From contig JBMCXW010000005.1 in assembly GCA_048623775.1 (NCBI GenBank), positions 6,533 to 70,532 on the forward strand: a DNA stretch of 64,000 bases, read 5' to 3'. The stretch's first letter is position 1; every line of letters begins with the position of its first letter. This document shows positions 9,672 to 18,380 of the stretch, piece after piece. Origin of the DNA: Myxococcota bacterium (GTDB lineage Bacteria; Myxococcota_A; Polyangia; Polyangiales; Houyiibacteriaceae). The notes under the pieces were generated by a model. That model searched no databases. It was not told the DNA's origin and saw only the letters and a program-made list of their open reading frames with translations. The position numbers were made by a program, and so were the translations under genes.

Positions 9672-10283
9672 ATGCCCGAGATCGAAGGTCGAGTCCCCCA
9701 TCCCGCCGCGGTTGCGCCCCGTACGATCGACCCGGCGCCCCCGGCCTCCGAGGAGGAGCTTCCGGCAGTTCGAGGCGTGTCGCCGCAGATGGTGCTGCAG
9801 CTCCTGGAGCTGCGGCTGAACGACATGGATACGCAGATGGAGCGCCTGTCGACGGCCACCCTCGATCACACCAACCGGGCGGATGCGCTGTCGCGCCAGA
9901 TCCAAGGGCTCGAAGCCATCAAGACCAAGGCCGACGACAACGGCGGCAAGATCGCCTGGAAGAACGAGTCCTTCAGCGAGGACGATGTCGTGATGGTCGG
10001 CCACAAGACATACGAGTCGGTGTTCGACGCGGCGAAGGACTTGGGGCTCGTCGACAAGCTCGATCCACTCGTGGGCGACGGCAAGCTGAAGAAGAACGAC
10101 CTTTCCGGTGTCATCGAAGAGCTGCGCCAGGCGCTGCAGCGCGAGAACTCGGGCAACGAGCTGAGGATGATGCAGCTGCAGGAGCTCACCCAGCGCCGTT
10201 CGCAGATGATCTCGCTCGCGAGCAACCTGCTGCGCACCCTCCACCAGGCCAACCAAGCGGTGATCCGAAACCTGACGGTGTGA
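9672..10283 (+). CDS. Putative T3SS tip/filament protein (SctA; Bsp22/EspA-like)
   Basis: AGGAGA RBS. The C-terminal helix NELRMMQLQELTQRRSQMISLASNLLRTLHQANQAVIRNL resembles the C-terminal polymerisation helix of Bsp22/EspA-like tip proteins. N-terminal coiled coil, no Sec signal. Confidence 0.6.
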   Translation: MPEIEGRVPHPAAVAPRTIDPAPPASEEELPAVRGVSPQMVLQLLELRLNDMDTQMERLSTATLDHTNRADALSRQIQGLEAIKTKADDNGGKIAWKNESFSEDDVVMVGHKTYESVFDAAKDLGLVDKLDPLVGDGKLKKNDLSGVIEELRQALQRENSGNELRMMQLQELTQRRSQMISLASNLLRTLHQANQAVIRNLTV

Positions 10284-10285
10284 CG

Positions 10286-10555
10286 ATGGAGAGGGACCTC
10301 GAAGCCACCCCCGAATCGGGCGTCGAGCGGTGCGCGCTTTCCGAGGTGCAGCGCAGCGCGCTCCTGCGGCATGCGACGGCCGAGCTCGACGCCGGCCACC
10401 TGCACGCGGCCCTCGACGCCGCTCGAACGCTGACGGCCCTCGACCCCCTCTTCACACGCGGCTGGCGGCTCCTGGAGAAGGTGCACCGGCGCGCGGGGAA
10501 GGAGGCCGAGGCGCAGATGGCGGCGGAGGTCGCCGAAGCATTGGAGGCGGTATGA
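10286..10555 (+). CDS. Short TPR protein, putative class II translocator chaperone (SycD/LcrH-like)
   Basis: ALLRHATAELDAGHLHAALDAARTLTALDPLFTRGWRLLEKVHRRAG is a TPR pair like SycD TPR1-2. Translationally coupled (ATGA) to the next gene. Confidence 0.6.
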   Translation: MERDLEATPESGVERCALSEVQRSALLRHATAELDAGHLHAALDAARTLTALDPLFTRGWRLLEKVHRRAGKEAEAQMAAEVAEALEAV

Positions 10556-11481
10556 ACGCGACGGAGATTGGAGACACGAGGGTGGCGGCACGGGCCGTCA
10601 CCGAACTGGGGCCGGCCGCCACGGCACGAGATCCGGAGACGCCGCAGCCGGAGCCCCTGCTGGCGTTGGCCATGGACGGGCCGCCGCCCCAGGGTGGCGC
10701 GCCCTCGGCCTCCGGGACGGACGCGGCCGCCGTGGCGGACTTGCTCGGGCGCTTCGGTCCCGAGCTTTTGGTCGCGGCCCTGCAGATGGAGACGCGGGAC
10801 GCCCAGGCCGGCGTGCACGGCAAGAGCGTCGAGGCTGCCGAGGCGCGCGGCGAGCTGGCGGAGAAGGAGCGTCAGGAAGCCATCGAAGCCGCGCGCAAGG
10901 CCGCCAAGAAGGCCAGCGGGATCTTCGGCCTCAAGGGCCCGATCGCCAAGCTCGTCAAGGCGGTGGTGACCGTCGCGGCCACCGCGGCGTCCGCCCTGAG
11001 CGGTGGCACGCTGGCCGGTCTCGCCATCGCCGGTGCGGCGCTCATGCTCGCGGCGGGGCCCGTCTGCAAGGGGCTCGTGAAGTCGGGCATCCTGAACGAG
11101 AAGCAGGCGAAGTGGGTGTCGCTCGGGATCCAGCTCGCGGGCATGCTGCTCAGCGGCGGGGCCGGGCTGGCGCAGCTCGGCAACCCCCAGACCATCGCCA
11201 GCCTCGCCAAGACGGTGGCGCAGGTCGTTCAGGGGGCGGGTCAGGTGGCCCAGGGGGCGCTGCAGGTGCGCGACGGGGTGTTTCAACGCCGCCACGCGGG
11301 CGCCATGGCCGATGCGGAGGCGGCGAAGCTCGATTCGGACGCCTCGGGGGAGGCCATGAACGAGGCCATCGCGCAGCTCGAGGATCTCTTCGAGACCTTC
11401 CAGCGCGTGCAGCAGCGTTTGCGCGTGGGATTGGACGTCCAGCACGAGGCGCGGCTCGCGGCGACTCAAGCACGAGCCTGA
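10552..11481 (+). CDS. Putative T3SS major translocator (SctE; YopB/IpaB/BopB-like)
   Basis: Coiled coil ending ARKAAKKASGIFG, then long hydrophobic segments (IAKLVKAVVTVAATAASALSGGTLAGLAIAGAALMLAAG; WVSLGIQLAGMLLSGGAG), then a C-terminal coiled coil. No Sec signal. Confidence 0.7.
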   Translation: MNATEIGDTRVAARAVTELGPAATARDPETPQPEPLLALAMDGPPPQGGAPSASGTDAAAVADLLGRFGPELLVAALQMETRDAQAGVHGKSVEAAEARGELAEKERQEAIEAARKAAKKASGIFGLKGPIAKLVKAVVTVAATAASALSGGTLAGLAIAGAALMLAAGPVCKGLVKSGILNEKQAKWVSLGIQLAGMLLSGGAGLAQLGNPQTIASLAKTVAQVVQGAGQVAQGALQVRDGVFQRRHAGAMADAEAAKLDSDASGEAMNEAIAQLEDLFETFQRVQQRLRVGLDVQHEARLAATQARA

Positions 11482-11496
11482 GCAGAAGGAGGAGCC

Positions 11497-12150
11497 ATGA
11501 GTGAAGCGATCGCGAGCACGGGAAGCGGCATCCAGACCGAGGGGACGACCGAGGCCTCGCTGGAAGCGCAGGCCCAGTCCCTCGCCCGTTTCGGTAACGC
11601 CGAGGCGGCCATCGCGCGGGCGAGCGTGTCGCTCGACCAGCAGCAGCGGCGGGCGGAGGAGAGCCGTCGAGAGGCGCAGGAGCAGGCCCGCGAGCAGGCC
11701 CTCGAACGCATCGAGGACCTGCGGCGCGCCGCGCGGCGACGCCTGGCGAGCGGCGTGATCCAGGCCGGCGCCAACGTCGTCGCCGGTGCGGTGGCCATCG
11801 GATCGGCGGGGGTGTCGGCCGGCGGTTCCCAGGCGCCTTCCGGCTCCACGGGGGCCCATTCGGGCGCGTCACCCTGCGGTGACCTGGGAGCGGCCCAGGT
11901 GCGTCAGGGCTGGGTCGCCGTGGGGGAGGGGCTGCTCGAGATCGGCACCGCCGCCCTGGATGCGTCGGCCGAGCGGGCGCAGGCCGACGCGGAGCGCCAT
12001 CAGGTGGCGGCGCAGGCCCACGGCGATGAGCAGGAGGCGGCGGCGGACGCCGGAGAGGCGGCCCGCTCGCAGCGGGATCGCGCGTCGGCCAGATTCGACG
12101 CCGTGAGCCGTGCGAGGGCGCAGGCGCGTCTCGCGGCGCTGCGGGGCTGA
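11497..12150 (+). CDS. Putative T3SS minor translocator (SctB; YopD/IpaC/BopD-like)
   Basis: AAGGAGGAG RBS. N-terminal coiled coil (RREAQEQAREQALERIEDLRRAA), one hydrophobic segment (LASGVIQAGANVVAGAVAIGSAGV), Ala/Gln-rich C-terminal helix. Directly follows the SctE-like gene. Confidence 0.6.
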   Translation: MSEAIASTGSGIQTEGTTEASLEAQAQSLARFGNAEAAIARASVSLDQQQRRAEESRREAQEQAREQALERIEDLRRAARRRLASGVIQAGANVVAGAVAIGSAGVSAGGSQAPSGSTGAHSGASPCGDLGAAQVRQGWVAVGEGLLEIGTAALDASAERAQADAERHQVAAQAHGDEQEAAADAGEAARSQRDRASARFDAVSRARAQARLAALRG

Positions 12151-12207
12151 GCACGGGGAGCGCGCGGGCCCTTGCCGGGGTGCTGGCCCGCGCGCTACGC
12201 ACCTTGC

Positions 12208-12876
12208 ATGAACCTCGCCGATCTGAAGTGGGACGCTTCGGGGCTCGTGACGGCCGTCGTGCAGGACCGGCACACCGGAGAAGTACGCATGGTGGGCCAC
12301 GCGAACCTCGAGGCGGTGCGGTCGACCCTGCGCACGGGCCAGGCGCACTTCTTCTCCCGCTCGCGCCGGAGCCTCTGGCGCAAGGGCGAGTCGAGTGGTC
12401 ACACGCTGGACGTGCACGAGGTGTGGGCCGACTGCGATGGCGATGCCGTGATCTATCTCGTCGACCCGGAAGGTCCCACGTGCCACACGGGGCGGCGCAC
12501 CTGCTTCTTCCGCCACGCCGACTCGTCGGGGCGCTTCACCGACGAGGTGGACCGCCGGGCGGATCCGACCCTGGTGCGCCTCTGGGACACGCTGCTTTCC
12601 CGGAGTCGCACCTCCGCGGACTCGAGCTACACCAAGTCCCTGTTGGAGCGCGGCGCACCCGAGATCGGTCGAAAGTTGCGCGAGGAGGCCGACGAGCTCG
12701 CGCGGGCGGTGGCGGACGAGCCGACGGAGCGCGTGGCGAGCGAAGCGGCGGACGTTCTTTACCACCTGTGCGTCGGGCTCCTGTCGCGCGACGTGGAGCT
12801 GCGGGACGTGGAAGCGGAGCTCGCGCGGCGGTTCGGCCGCTCCGGTCACGAGGAGAAGGCGAGCCGCAAGGGGTGA
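12208..12876 (+). CDS. hisIE: Bifunctional phosphoribosyl-AMP cyclohydrolase / phosphoribosyl-ATP pyrophosphatase
   Basis: GLVTAVVQD, FFSRSRRSLWRKGESSGH, DCDGDA, PTCHTGRRTCF, SYTKSLL, EAADVLYHL. Confidence 0.96.
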   Translation: MNLADLKWDASGLVTAVVQDRHTGEVRMVGHANLEAVRSTLRTGQAHFFSRSRRSLWRKGESSGHTLDVHEVWADCDGDAVIYLVDPEGPTCHTGRRTCFFRHADSSGRFTDEVDRRADPTLVRLWDTLLSRSRTSADSSYTKSLLERGAPEIGRKLREEADELARAVADEPTERVASEAADVLYHLCVGLLSRDVELRDVEAELARRFGRSGHEEKASRKG

Positions 12877-12905
12877 GCAGTGGCGGAGGCCGGTCCGGTG
12901 TCCGT

Positions 12906-13835
12906 TCAGGGCGGAGGCGGACGTCCCGACGGGCCCTCGAGCGGAGGGTGGTCGTCGCCGATCGTGACGTGGAAGTGAAAACGGTGCAGCGCGTTGTGTG
13001 CCTGCATCGGCGTGCCGAACGACGAGCGGAAACCCCGCCGCTCGAACCAGCGGCCGAACCGGTCCGCCAGCGGCGGGTCGTTGTAGTAGATGCGCAGGTT
13101 GCCTCCCGTGCACGCGGCGAGGATGCGGGCCAGCGCCTCCACGCGGGCGCGTCGCATCCGAACCAACAGGTGGGGCCGGTCGCGGTAGTTGCTCGGGTAG
13201 GTGCGCGCCCCCACGTTGCTCGCTTCCATCACGCCCGGCAGGTAGAGATCCACGTCGACCCCCCGATCGTGCGTTTCGTGGCGGGGGCCGGGGGCGTCCA
13301 GGTCTCCCACGACGATGCGCTCCCCCGGAAAGCGCCGCGCATACGCCTCGGCGGCGCCCAGCACGACCGTGACCAGGGCAGGGCTACCCCACCAGTGCTT
13401 TCGCCGGGTGTTGCGCCATCGGTCGAAGGCGTGGCCCGCCCGTGCCGGCTCCGGCATCCGCCATCGGCATTCGGGATAGGACGCGCCGGTGGCACACCCT
13501 TCGGTGGCCGGTACTTGCACCACCGGTGCGCGGCAGGAGGGAACCGGGAGGCGTGGGCCCTCGTCGCGCCCGACCATGCCGGCGGCGAGGTGCCGCGTGG
13601 CGAGGGCAGGGGACGTGCCGGCCGATCGGCGCTCCCAGGTTCGGGGTGCTTCCTCGGCCACCCCGGCGTCCATGCCGCCGGTCGAGACCTCCGACGGCTC
13701 CTCGGGTCGGTCGGCCGACAGCCGGTTTCCCTGCCAGCCGGCGCACAGCACCACGCTGACCAACGCACCGGTGGCCATCGCCATGGACGGCGACGGACGC
13801 ACGGGGGTGCGATGGCTGGCGGGTCGCAGGCGCAT
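12906..13835 (-). CDS. MepA-like (penicillin-insensitive murein endopeptidase-type, LAS fold) metallopeptidase
   Basis: WGSPALV...IVVGDL...HETHDRGVDVD...HRFHFHV zinc-ligand pattern. N-terminal hydrophobic stretch. Start uncertain. Confidence 0.7.
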   Translation of the reverse strand: MRLRPASHRTPVRPSPSMAMATGALVSVVLCAGWQGNRLSADRPEEPSEVSTGGMDAGVAEEAPRTWERRSAGTSPALATRHLAAGMVGRDEGPRLPVPSCRAPVVQVPATEGCATGASYPECRWRMPEPARAGHAFDRWRNTRRKHWWGSPALVTVVLGAAEAYARRFPGERIVVGDLDAPGPRHETHDRGVDVDLYLPGVMEASNVGARTYPSNYRDRPHLLVRMRRARVEALARILAACTGGNLRIYYNDPPLADRFGRWFERRGFRSSFGTPMQAHNALHRFHFHVTIGDDHPPLEGPSGRPPPP

Positions 13836-13945
13836 CCGAAAAGAGAACTGTAGACAATGTCGTCAATGAAGACGAAAAAAGCGATCGGGTGGCTGCCCCA
13901 CCGCGCCTTGACCGGGACGCGGAGGCGAGAGTAGGTTGCCGCGCC

Positions 13946-14767
13946 ATGACGACCCACGACGACCTTCCGCGGCTCGACGGGTGGGCGCTGATCCTCGGCG
14001 CGTCGAGCGGCTTCGGTGCCGCAGCGAGCGTCGCCCTCGCCCGTGCCGGCATGAGCATCCTCGGAGTCCATCTCGACCGGCGCGCGGGAATGGCGGAGGT
14101 CGAACGCATCAAGGGCGAGATCGGCGAAATGGGCCGAAAGGCGTGGTTCTTCAACGTCAATGCGGCCGACGAGAGGAAGCGCGCCGCCACGTTGGACGAA
14201 ATTCGCCGGCGCTTCGACGAGGAGGGCGAGCGCGGGCGGGTGCGGGTGTTGATGCACTCGCTGGCCTTCGGCACGCTCCGTCCCTACTGGACCGACGACC
14301 CCGAGGCGCAGGTCATCACCAAGGCGAACATGGACATGACGCTCGACGTGATGGCCCACTCCCTGGTGTACTGGGTGCAGGACGCGTTGCGTCGGGGTCT
14401 GTTCGGCGATCACGGACGGATCTTCGCAATGACCTCCGCCGGAAGCCACACGGTGTGGCCCGGCTATGGCGCCGTCGGTGCGGCCAAGGCGAGCCTGGAA
14501 GCGCACGTTCGGCAGCTCGCGGTCGAGCTCGCGCCCCGGGGCATCACGGCCAACGCCATCTGTGCAGGTGTGACGGACACGCCGGCCTTGCGGAAGATCC
14601 CGGGTAGCGATCGCATGGTCGAGCAGGCCCGGGCGCGAAACCCCCACGGGCGGCTTACGACCCCCGAGGACGTGGCGCGTGCGATCGTCGCGCTCTCGAC
14701 GCCGGCGGCCCAGTGGATCAGCGGCAACACCATCAACGTGGACGGCGGGGAGGACATCGCCGGCTGA
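13946..14767 (+). CDS. SDR oxidoreductase, FabL-like enoyl-ACP reductase
   Basis: ALILGASSGFG, YGAVGAAKASLE (Yx6K), ANAICAGVTDTPAL, INVDGG. Confidence 0.85.
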   Translation: MTTHDDLPRLDGWALILGASSGFGAAASVALARAGMSILGVHLDRRAGMAEVERIKGEIGEMGRKAWFFNVNAADERKRAATLDEIRRRFDEEGERGRVRVLMHSLAFGTLRPYWTDDPEAQVITKANMDMTLDVMAHSLVYWVQDALRRGLFGDHGRIFAMTSAGSHTVWPGYGAVGAAKASLEAHVRQLAVELAPRGITANAICAGVTDTPALRKIPGSDRMVEQARARNPHGRLTTPEDVARAIVALSTPAAQWISGNTINVDGGEDIAG

Positions 14768-14788
14768 CGGCGGTGAAGGTTTCGCCTC

Positions 14789-15373
14789 TCAGCGCTCGAG
14801 GCCCATGAGCGCTTCCAGGGTCTCGCGGAGCTGCCCCTTGTCGGACCGGGTCACCCGGGCCGAGGCGCCGCTGCCCACGGCCGTCGACCTTCGGCCGAAG
14901 TCGTTGGAGAACAGCACCGTCCTCACGTGCCGAGTCGCATCGACGTCGTTGATGCATTCGATGATGTGCACGCCGTCGAGCCCACCCACCGCCTCGTCGA
15001 CGACCACAACGTCCGGAGCGTCCGCGCCGATCGAAATCAGGGCGCGAACGGGATCGGTGTGTCGCTCCACGTCGAAGCGATCCTCCAACGCACGCGCATT
15101 CTGCTCCGCGTGCACCGGATCGTCCTCGATGAGCACCACCCGGGGCTTGCCCTGCTGCAGCTCTTCGGGAATCGGGTATCCGTACTTGCGCAGGAAGTCG
15201 AGCACGTCCACGCGGCGAAAGCGCAGGTGTCGACCGGGCGTGCGGAAATGCCGAACCTCCCCCCGCTCGGCCCAGTTGTGAATCGTCTTGAGATCCACCT
15301 GACAGAACCGTGCGACCTCGGATGCCGTGAACAGCTCCTTGGCGTTCTCCCCCTTGACCATGCCGGCTCCCAT
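14789..15373 (-). CDS. Excisionase-type HTH (HTH_17) + receiver-domain regulator
   Basis: FTASEVARFCQVDLKTIHNWAERGEVRHFRTPGRHLRF followed by a REC domain (VVLIEDD...PDVVVVD...LDG). Confidence 0.88.
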   Translation of the reverse strand: MGAGMVKGENAKELFTASEVARFCQVDLKTIHNWAERGEVRHFRTPGRHLRFRRVDVLDFLRKYGYPIPEELQQGKPRVVLIEDDPVHAEQNARALEDRFDVERHTDPVRALISIGADAPDVVVVDEAVGGLDGVHIIECINDVDATRHVRTVLFSNDFGRRSTAVGSGASARVTRSDKGQLRETLEALMGLER

Positions 15374-15499
15374 AGTCGTTCGCCGAGGGGATGTAAAGCC
15401 AGGCCAGTGCGGATTTCCTGTGCAACGGTCGGGTGCGCCCTGCGCCCGTTCAGCCGCGTGTCGCGATGGCCTCGTCCCAGGGCCTGGATGGTCGAGCCC

Positions 15500-16348
15500 C
15501 TACGGAGGGGCTTCACGCGACCACCACCGTCCGTCTTCGAGAACCATGCGCGTGGGGCCTGGCAGCGCGCGCTCGGAGACGGGATGTTCCGGATCCCCGG
15601 GGAGGCAGAGCACCAAGCTTCCGTCGTCCATCTCCCGGAACACGGGTTGGACCACCGGGGGCGGGCGCCGGGCGGCGTCGCGCAGCACCGCGTCCACCGA
15701 ATCGTGCGCGGCGAGCGCCTCCAGGGTACGCATCGTCGGAGGCGGTAGCTGGATCGCCCCCGCCCGTTCCTGCTCGAGCGCGATCGAAGGCGCGAGCCAG
15801 ACACCCGCCGTGGTCTCCTTCCGGTCGTGCTCCGCCCACTGGCCCGCGGACACGGAGGCGACGAAGAAGCGCGCGTCGTAGCGCCGCGGCTCCACCTCCG
15901 GCGTGATCCACCGGGAGTGCGGCACGAGCCGGTCGAGGGCCGGGTTGGCGCCCAGCCCTTCCAGCACGCGTTCGAACGCTTCCCCCTCGAGCAGCTGCCG
16001 CCGGGCTTCGGGCATGCGCGCGGCATCGTCGAGCTCGGCCAGCAGCACCCCCGCCTCCTCGAAGGTCTCGCGCACCGCAGCGCAAAAGAGCGCCATCGCG
16101 GTCTCGCCGTCCGACTCACCGAGAACGCGCGCGGCCGATGCGGGCTCGTGACCGCGCGCACGGAACCAAAGAGAGGGTGCGCGGTCCTCCGGGTCCACCG
16201 TGCCCCCGGGGAACACGTGGGCTCCGCCCATGAAGGCGCTCCTGCCGTGGCGTCGCACCATGAAAACCTCGAAGCCCCCTGCGGCCTCGCGCAGCAGCAG
16301 GACGCTGGCGGAGTCACGGGGAGCGGGCGCCTTCGGTGCGGACGCCAC
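15500..16348 (-). CDS. NUDIX hydrolase (Nudt19-like)
   Basis: PRDSASVLLLR, FMGGAHVFPGGTVDPED, AAVRETFEEAG, WITPEVEPRRYDARFF, LPPPT. Confidence 0.9.
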   Translation of the reverse strand: MASAPKAPAPRDSASVLLLREAAGGFEVFMVRRHGRSAFMGGAHVFPGGTVDPEDRAPSLWFRARGHEPASAARVLGESDGETAMALFCAAVRETFEEAGVLLAELDDAARMPEARRQLLEGEAFERVLEGLGANPALDRLVPHSRWITPEVEPRRYDARFFVASVSAGQWAEHDRKETTAGVWLAPSIALEQERAGAIQLPPPTMRTLEALAAHDSVDAVLRDAARRPPPVVQPVFREMDDGSLVLCLPGDPEHPVSERALPGPTRMVLEDGRWWSREAPP

Positions 16349-17179
16349 TCACTCCTCGGTGAGGACGCGTGTGGTGGGAACCCCGATGGCCGATGCGAGC
16401 CTGGCCAGGGTCTCCAGGGAAGGCGTGTGTCGCCCCGCCTCCACCCGCGCGATGTTGGGGCGGTGGATCCCCGTGCGGCGGGCGAGCTCCGCCTGGGTCA
16501 GCCCGGCCGCCAGGCGCAGCTCCCGCAGGCGTGCCCCCAGCCGAGCGCCGTCCACGGCCAGATCCGGCGCGCCGTTGGAGGCGCCGTTGCCGGCGGCGGG
16601 CGACACCTTCGCGGCCGCCAGATCCAACTGCTTGCCGCTCTGGAGCGAAAGCGACGCGCGGCTGGCGTCGTCGGCCAGCTCGATGGACAGCACCTCGGTG
16701 CCGTCGTCCCCGTCGCCGACCGGGCGTGGCACCAGGACGGTCCGCCCGTCGCCCAGAATGGCGAGCAGCTCGTCTCCTCGGGGCGAGACGGTCACGAACT
16801 CGAAGCGGCGTGCCCGCTCGCGGTCGCTTCGCCGGGCGATCGCCGCCGCGAGCCGCACCACGTCGGCGTCGCCGCGCGCGACCATTCCGGTGCAGAGCTC
16901 GTCCAGCACGTCGTCGATGGCCGTCATCCCCCCGCCGGAGGGCAGGTGCACCACCGGCCGGCCACCGAGCGCCCGAAGGAGCCCCACCATCGCCAGCAGC
17001 TCGTCCTCGTCGAACGATGCGCTGCCGCCGTCCAGGACCGGGATGGAGCCGGCGCCGTTGCCGTTGGGAGTGGACGATGGGGCCACGGTGCGGACGACCA
17101 AGCCGTATTGCTCGAGCGCCGGTCGCCACATCGCCTCGAACTCGGGGCGATCGGTATGGAGCGTGACGGTGGCGGGCAT
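16349..17179 (-). CDS. XRE-family HTH protein with extended N-terminal domain
   Basis: C-terminal LGARLRELRLAAGLTQAELARRTGIHRPNIARVEAGRHTPSLETLARLASAIGV. GGAGGA RBS. Confidence 0.85.
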   Translation of the reverse strand: MPATVTLHTDRPEFEAMWRPALEQYGLVVRTVAPSSTPNGNGAGSIPVLDGGSASFDEDELLAMVGLLRALGGRPVVHLPSGGGMTAIDDVLDELCTGMVARGDADVVRLAAAIARRSDRERARRFEFVTVSPRGDELLAILGDGRTVLVPRPVGDGDDGTEVLSIELADDASRASLSLQSGKQLDLAAAKVSPAAGNGASNGAPDLAVDGARLGARLRELRLAAGLTQAELARRTGIHRPNIARVEAGRHTPSLETLARLASAIGVPTTRVLTEE

Positions 17180-17320
17180 GATTCCTCCAGTGGACCGCTG
17201 AGACTTACACCAACGCCCCCGAGGTTCTCAAGGCGCCAGTGCCCGAAGGACGCATTCCGGCGCGCCGGGGGCCCCGATTGCGCCGCTCCTGGCCGGCCGC
17301 TGCGCCCCCGGCTACCATGG

Positions 17321-17349
17321 TTGACACCCGGAGGGGCCTTTGCTAACCA
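17321..17349 (+). promoter_or_regulatory. Sigma-70-type promoter of the prs-rplY-pth operon
   Basis: TTGACA-N17-TAACCA with extended -10 TG. Confidence 0.6.
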
Positions 17350-17417
17350 CCTGCGCCCTTCCGGCGAGGCCGACGCGGCGTCCGCCAGCCGCGGGTGAGC
17401 AGACCAGGAGGCGGGTG

Positions 17418-18359
17418 ATGTTCAAGTCGATCTGCATCTTCTCCGGCAATGCGAACCCCGCCCTCGCCGAGCAAATCGCGTCGTATCTGGAGGTGTCGGT
17501 CGGCCGGGCGCGGGTTTCCCGCTTCTCGGACGGCGAGGTGTTCTCCGAAATCAAGGAGAACGTGCGCGGCGTGGACGTGTACGTCATCCAGCCCACGTGC
17601 TCACCCGTCAACGACAACCTCATGGAGCTCCTGGTCATGGCCGACGCGCTCAAGCGGGCGTCCGCCGGGTCGATCACGGCCGTCATTCCCTACTACGGCT
17701 ACGCGCGCCAGGACCGGAAGGTGGCGCCGCGGACCCCGATTACCGCCAAGCTCGTGGCCGACCTGCTGAGCGCCTCGGGGGTGGACCGCGTGGTGTCCAT
17801 GGACCTGCACGCCGGCCAGATCCAGGGGTTCTTCAACGTGCCCTTCGATCATCTTTTCGCCATGCCGGTCTTCCTGGACTACCTGCGGCCCACCTTTCAG
17901 GAGGCTCCGGTCTTCGTGTCGCCGGACGCAGGGGGCGTGGAGCGGACCCGGGCGTACGCGAAGCGCCTCAACGCCGACCTGGCCATCGTGGACAAGCGGC
18001 GTGAGCGGGCCAACGTGAGCGAGGTGATGCACATCGTGGGCAACGTGGAGGGCCGCGACTGCGTCATCCTCGACGACATGATCGATACGGCGGGCACCAT
18101 GACCAACGCGGCGCGCGCGCTCGCCGATCAAGGGGCGCGTCGCGTGATGGCGGCGGCTACCCATCCGGTGCTCAGCGGACCCGCCATCGACCGCATCGTC
18201 GATTCCCCGCTCGAGGAAGTCATCGTCACCGACACCATCCCACTCACCGAGCGGGCTCGGGAGACCGGGAAGTTCAAGGTCCTGTCGGTGGCCCGCCTCC
18301 TGGGGGAGGCCATCAAGCGCATCCATCACAGCGACTCGGTGAGCTCGCTGTTCGTGTGA
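17418..18359 (+). CDS. prs: Ribose-phosphate pyrophosphokinase
   Basis: [49 protein letters not shown]. Confidence 0.98.
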   Translation: MFKSICIFSGNANPALAEQIASYLEVSVGRARVSRFSDGEVFSEIKENVRGVDVYVIQPTCSPVNDNLMELLVMADALKRASAGSITAVIPYYGYARQDRKVAPRTPITAKLVADLLSASGVDRVVSMDLHAGQIQGFFNVPFDHLFAMPVFLDYLRPTFQEAPVFVSPDAGGVERTRAYAKRLNADLAIVDKRRERANVSEVMHIVGNVEGRDCVILDDMIDTAGTMTNAARALADQGARRVMAAATHPVLSGPAIDRIVDSPLEEVIVTDTIPLTERARETGKFKVLSVARLLGEAIKRIHHSDSVSSLFV

Positions 18360-18380
18360 TCGTCAGGAGAAGAAGACACC

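Noticed and set aside
9378-12150. Alternative reading of the five-gene cassette as prophage, tape-measure or WXG100/T7SS genes
   Set aside because: No phage structural, integrase or WXG motifs. The TPR chaperone followed by two hydrophobic coiled-coil proteins fits a T3SS translocon better, though this is unverified by search.
17180-17417. tRNA-Gln, often found upstream of prs
   Set aside because: No cloverleaf, T-loop GTTCGA or CCA end seen. The region holds promoters only.
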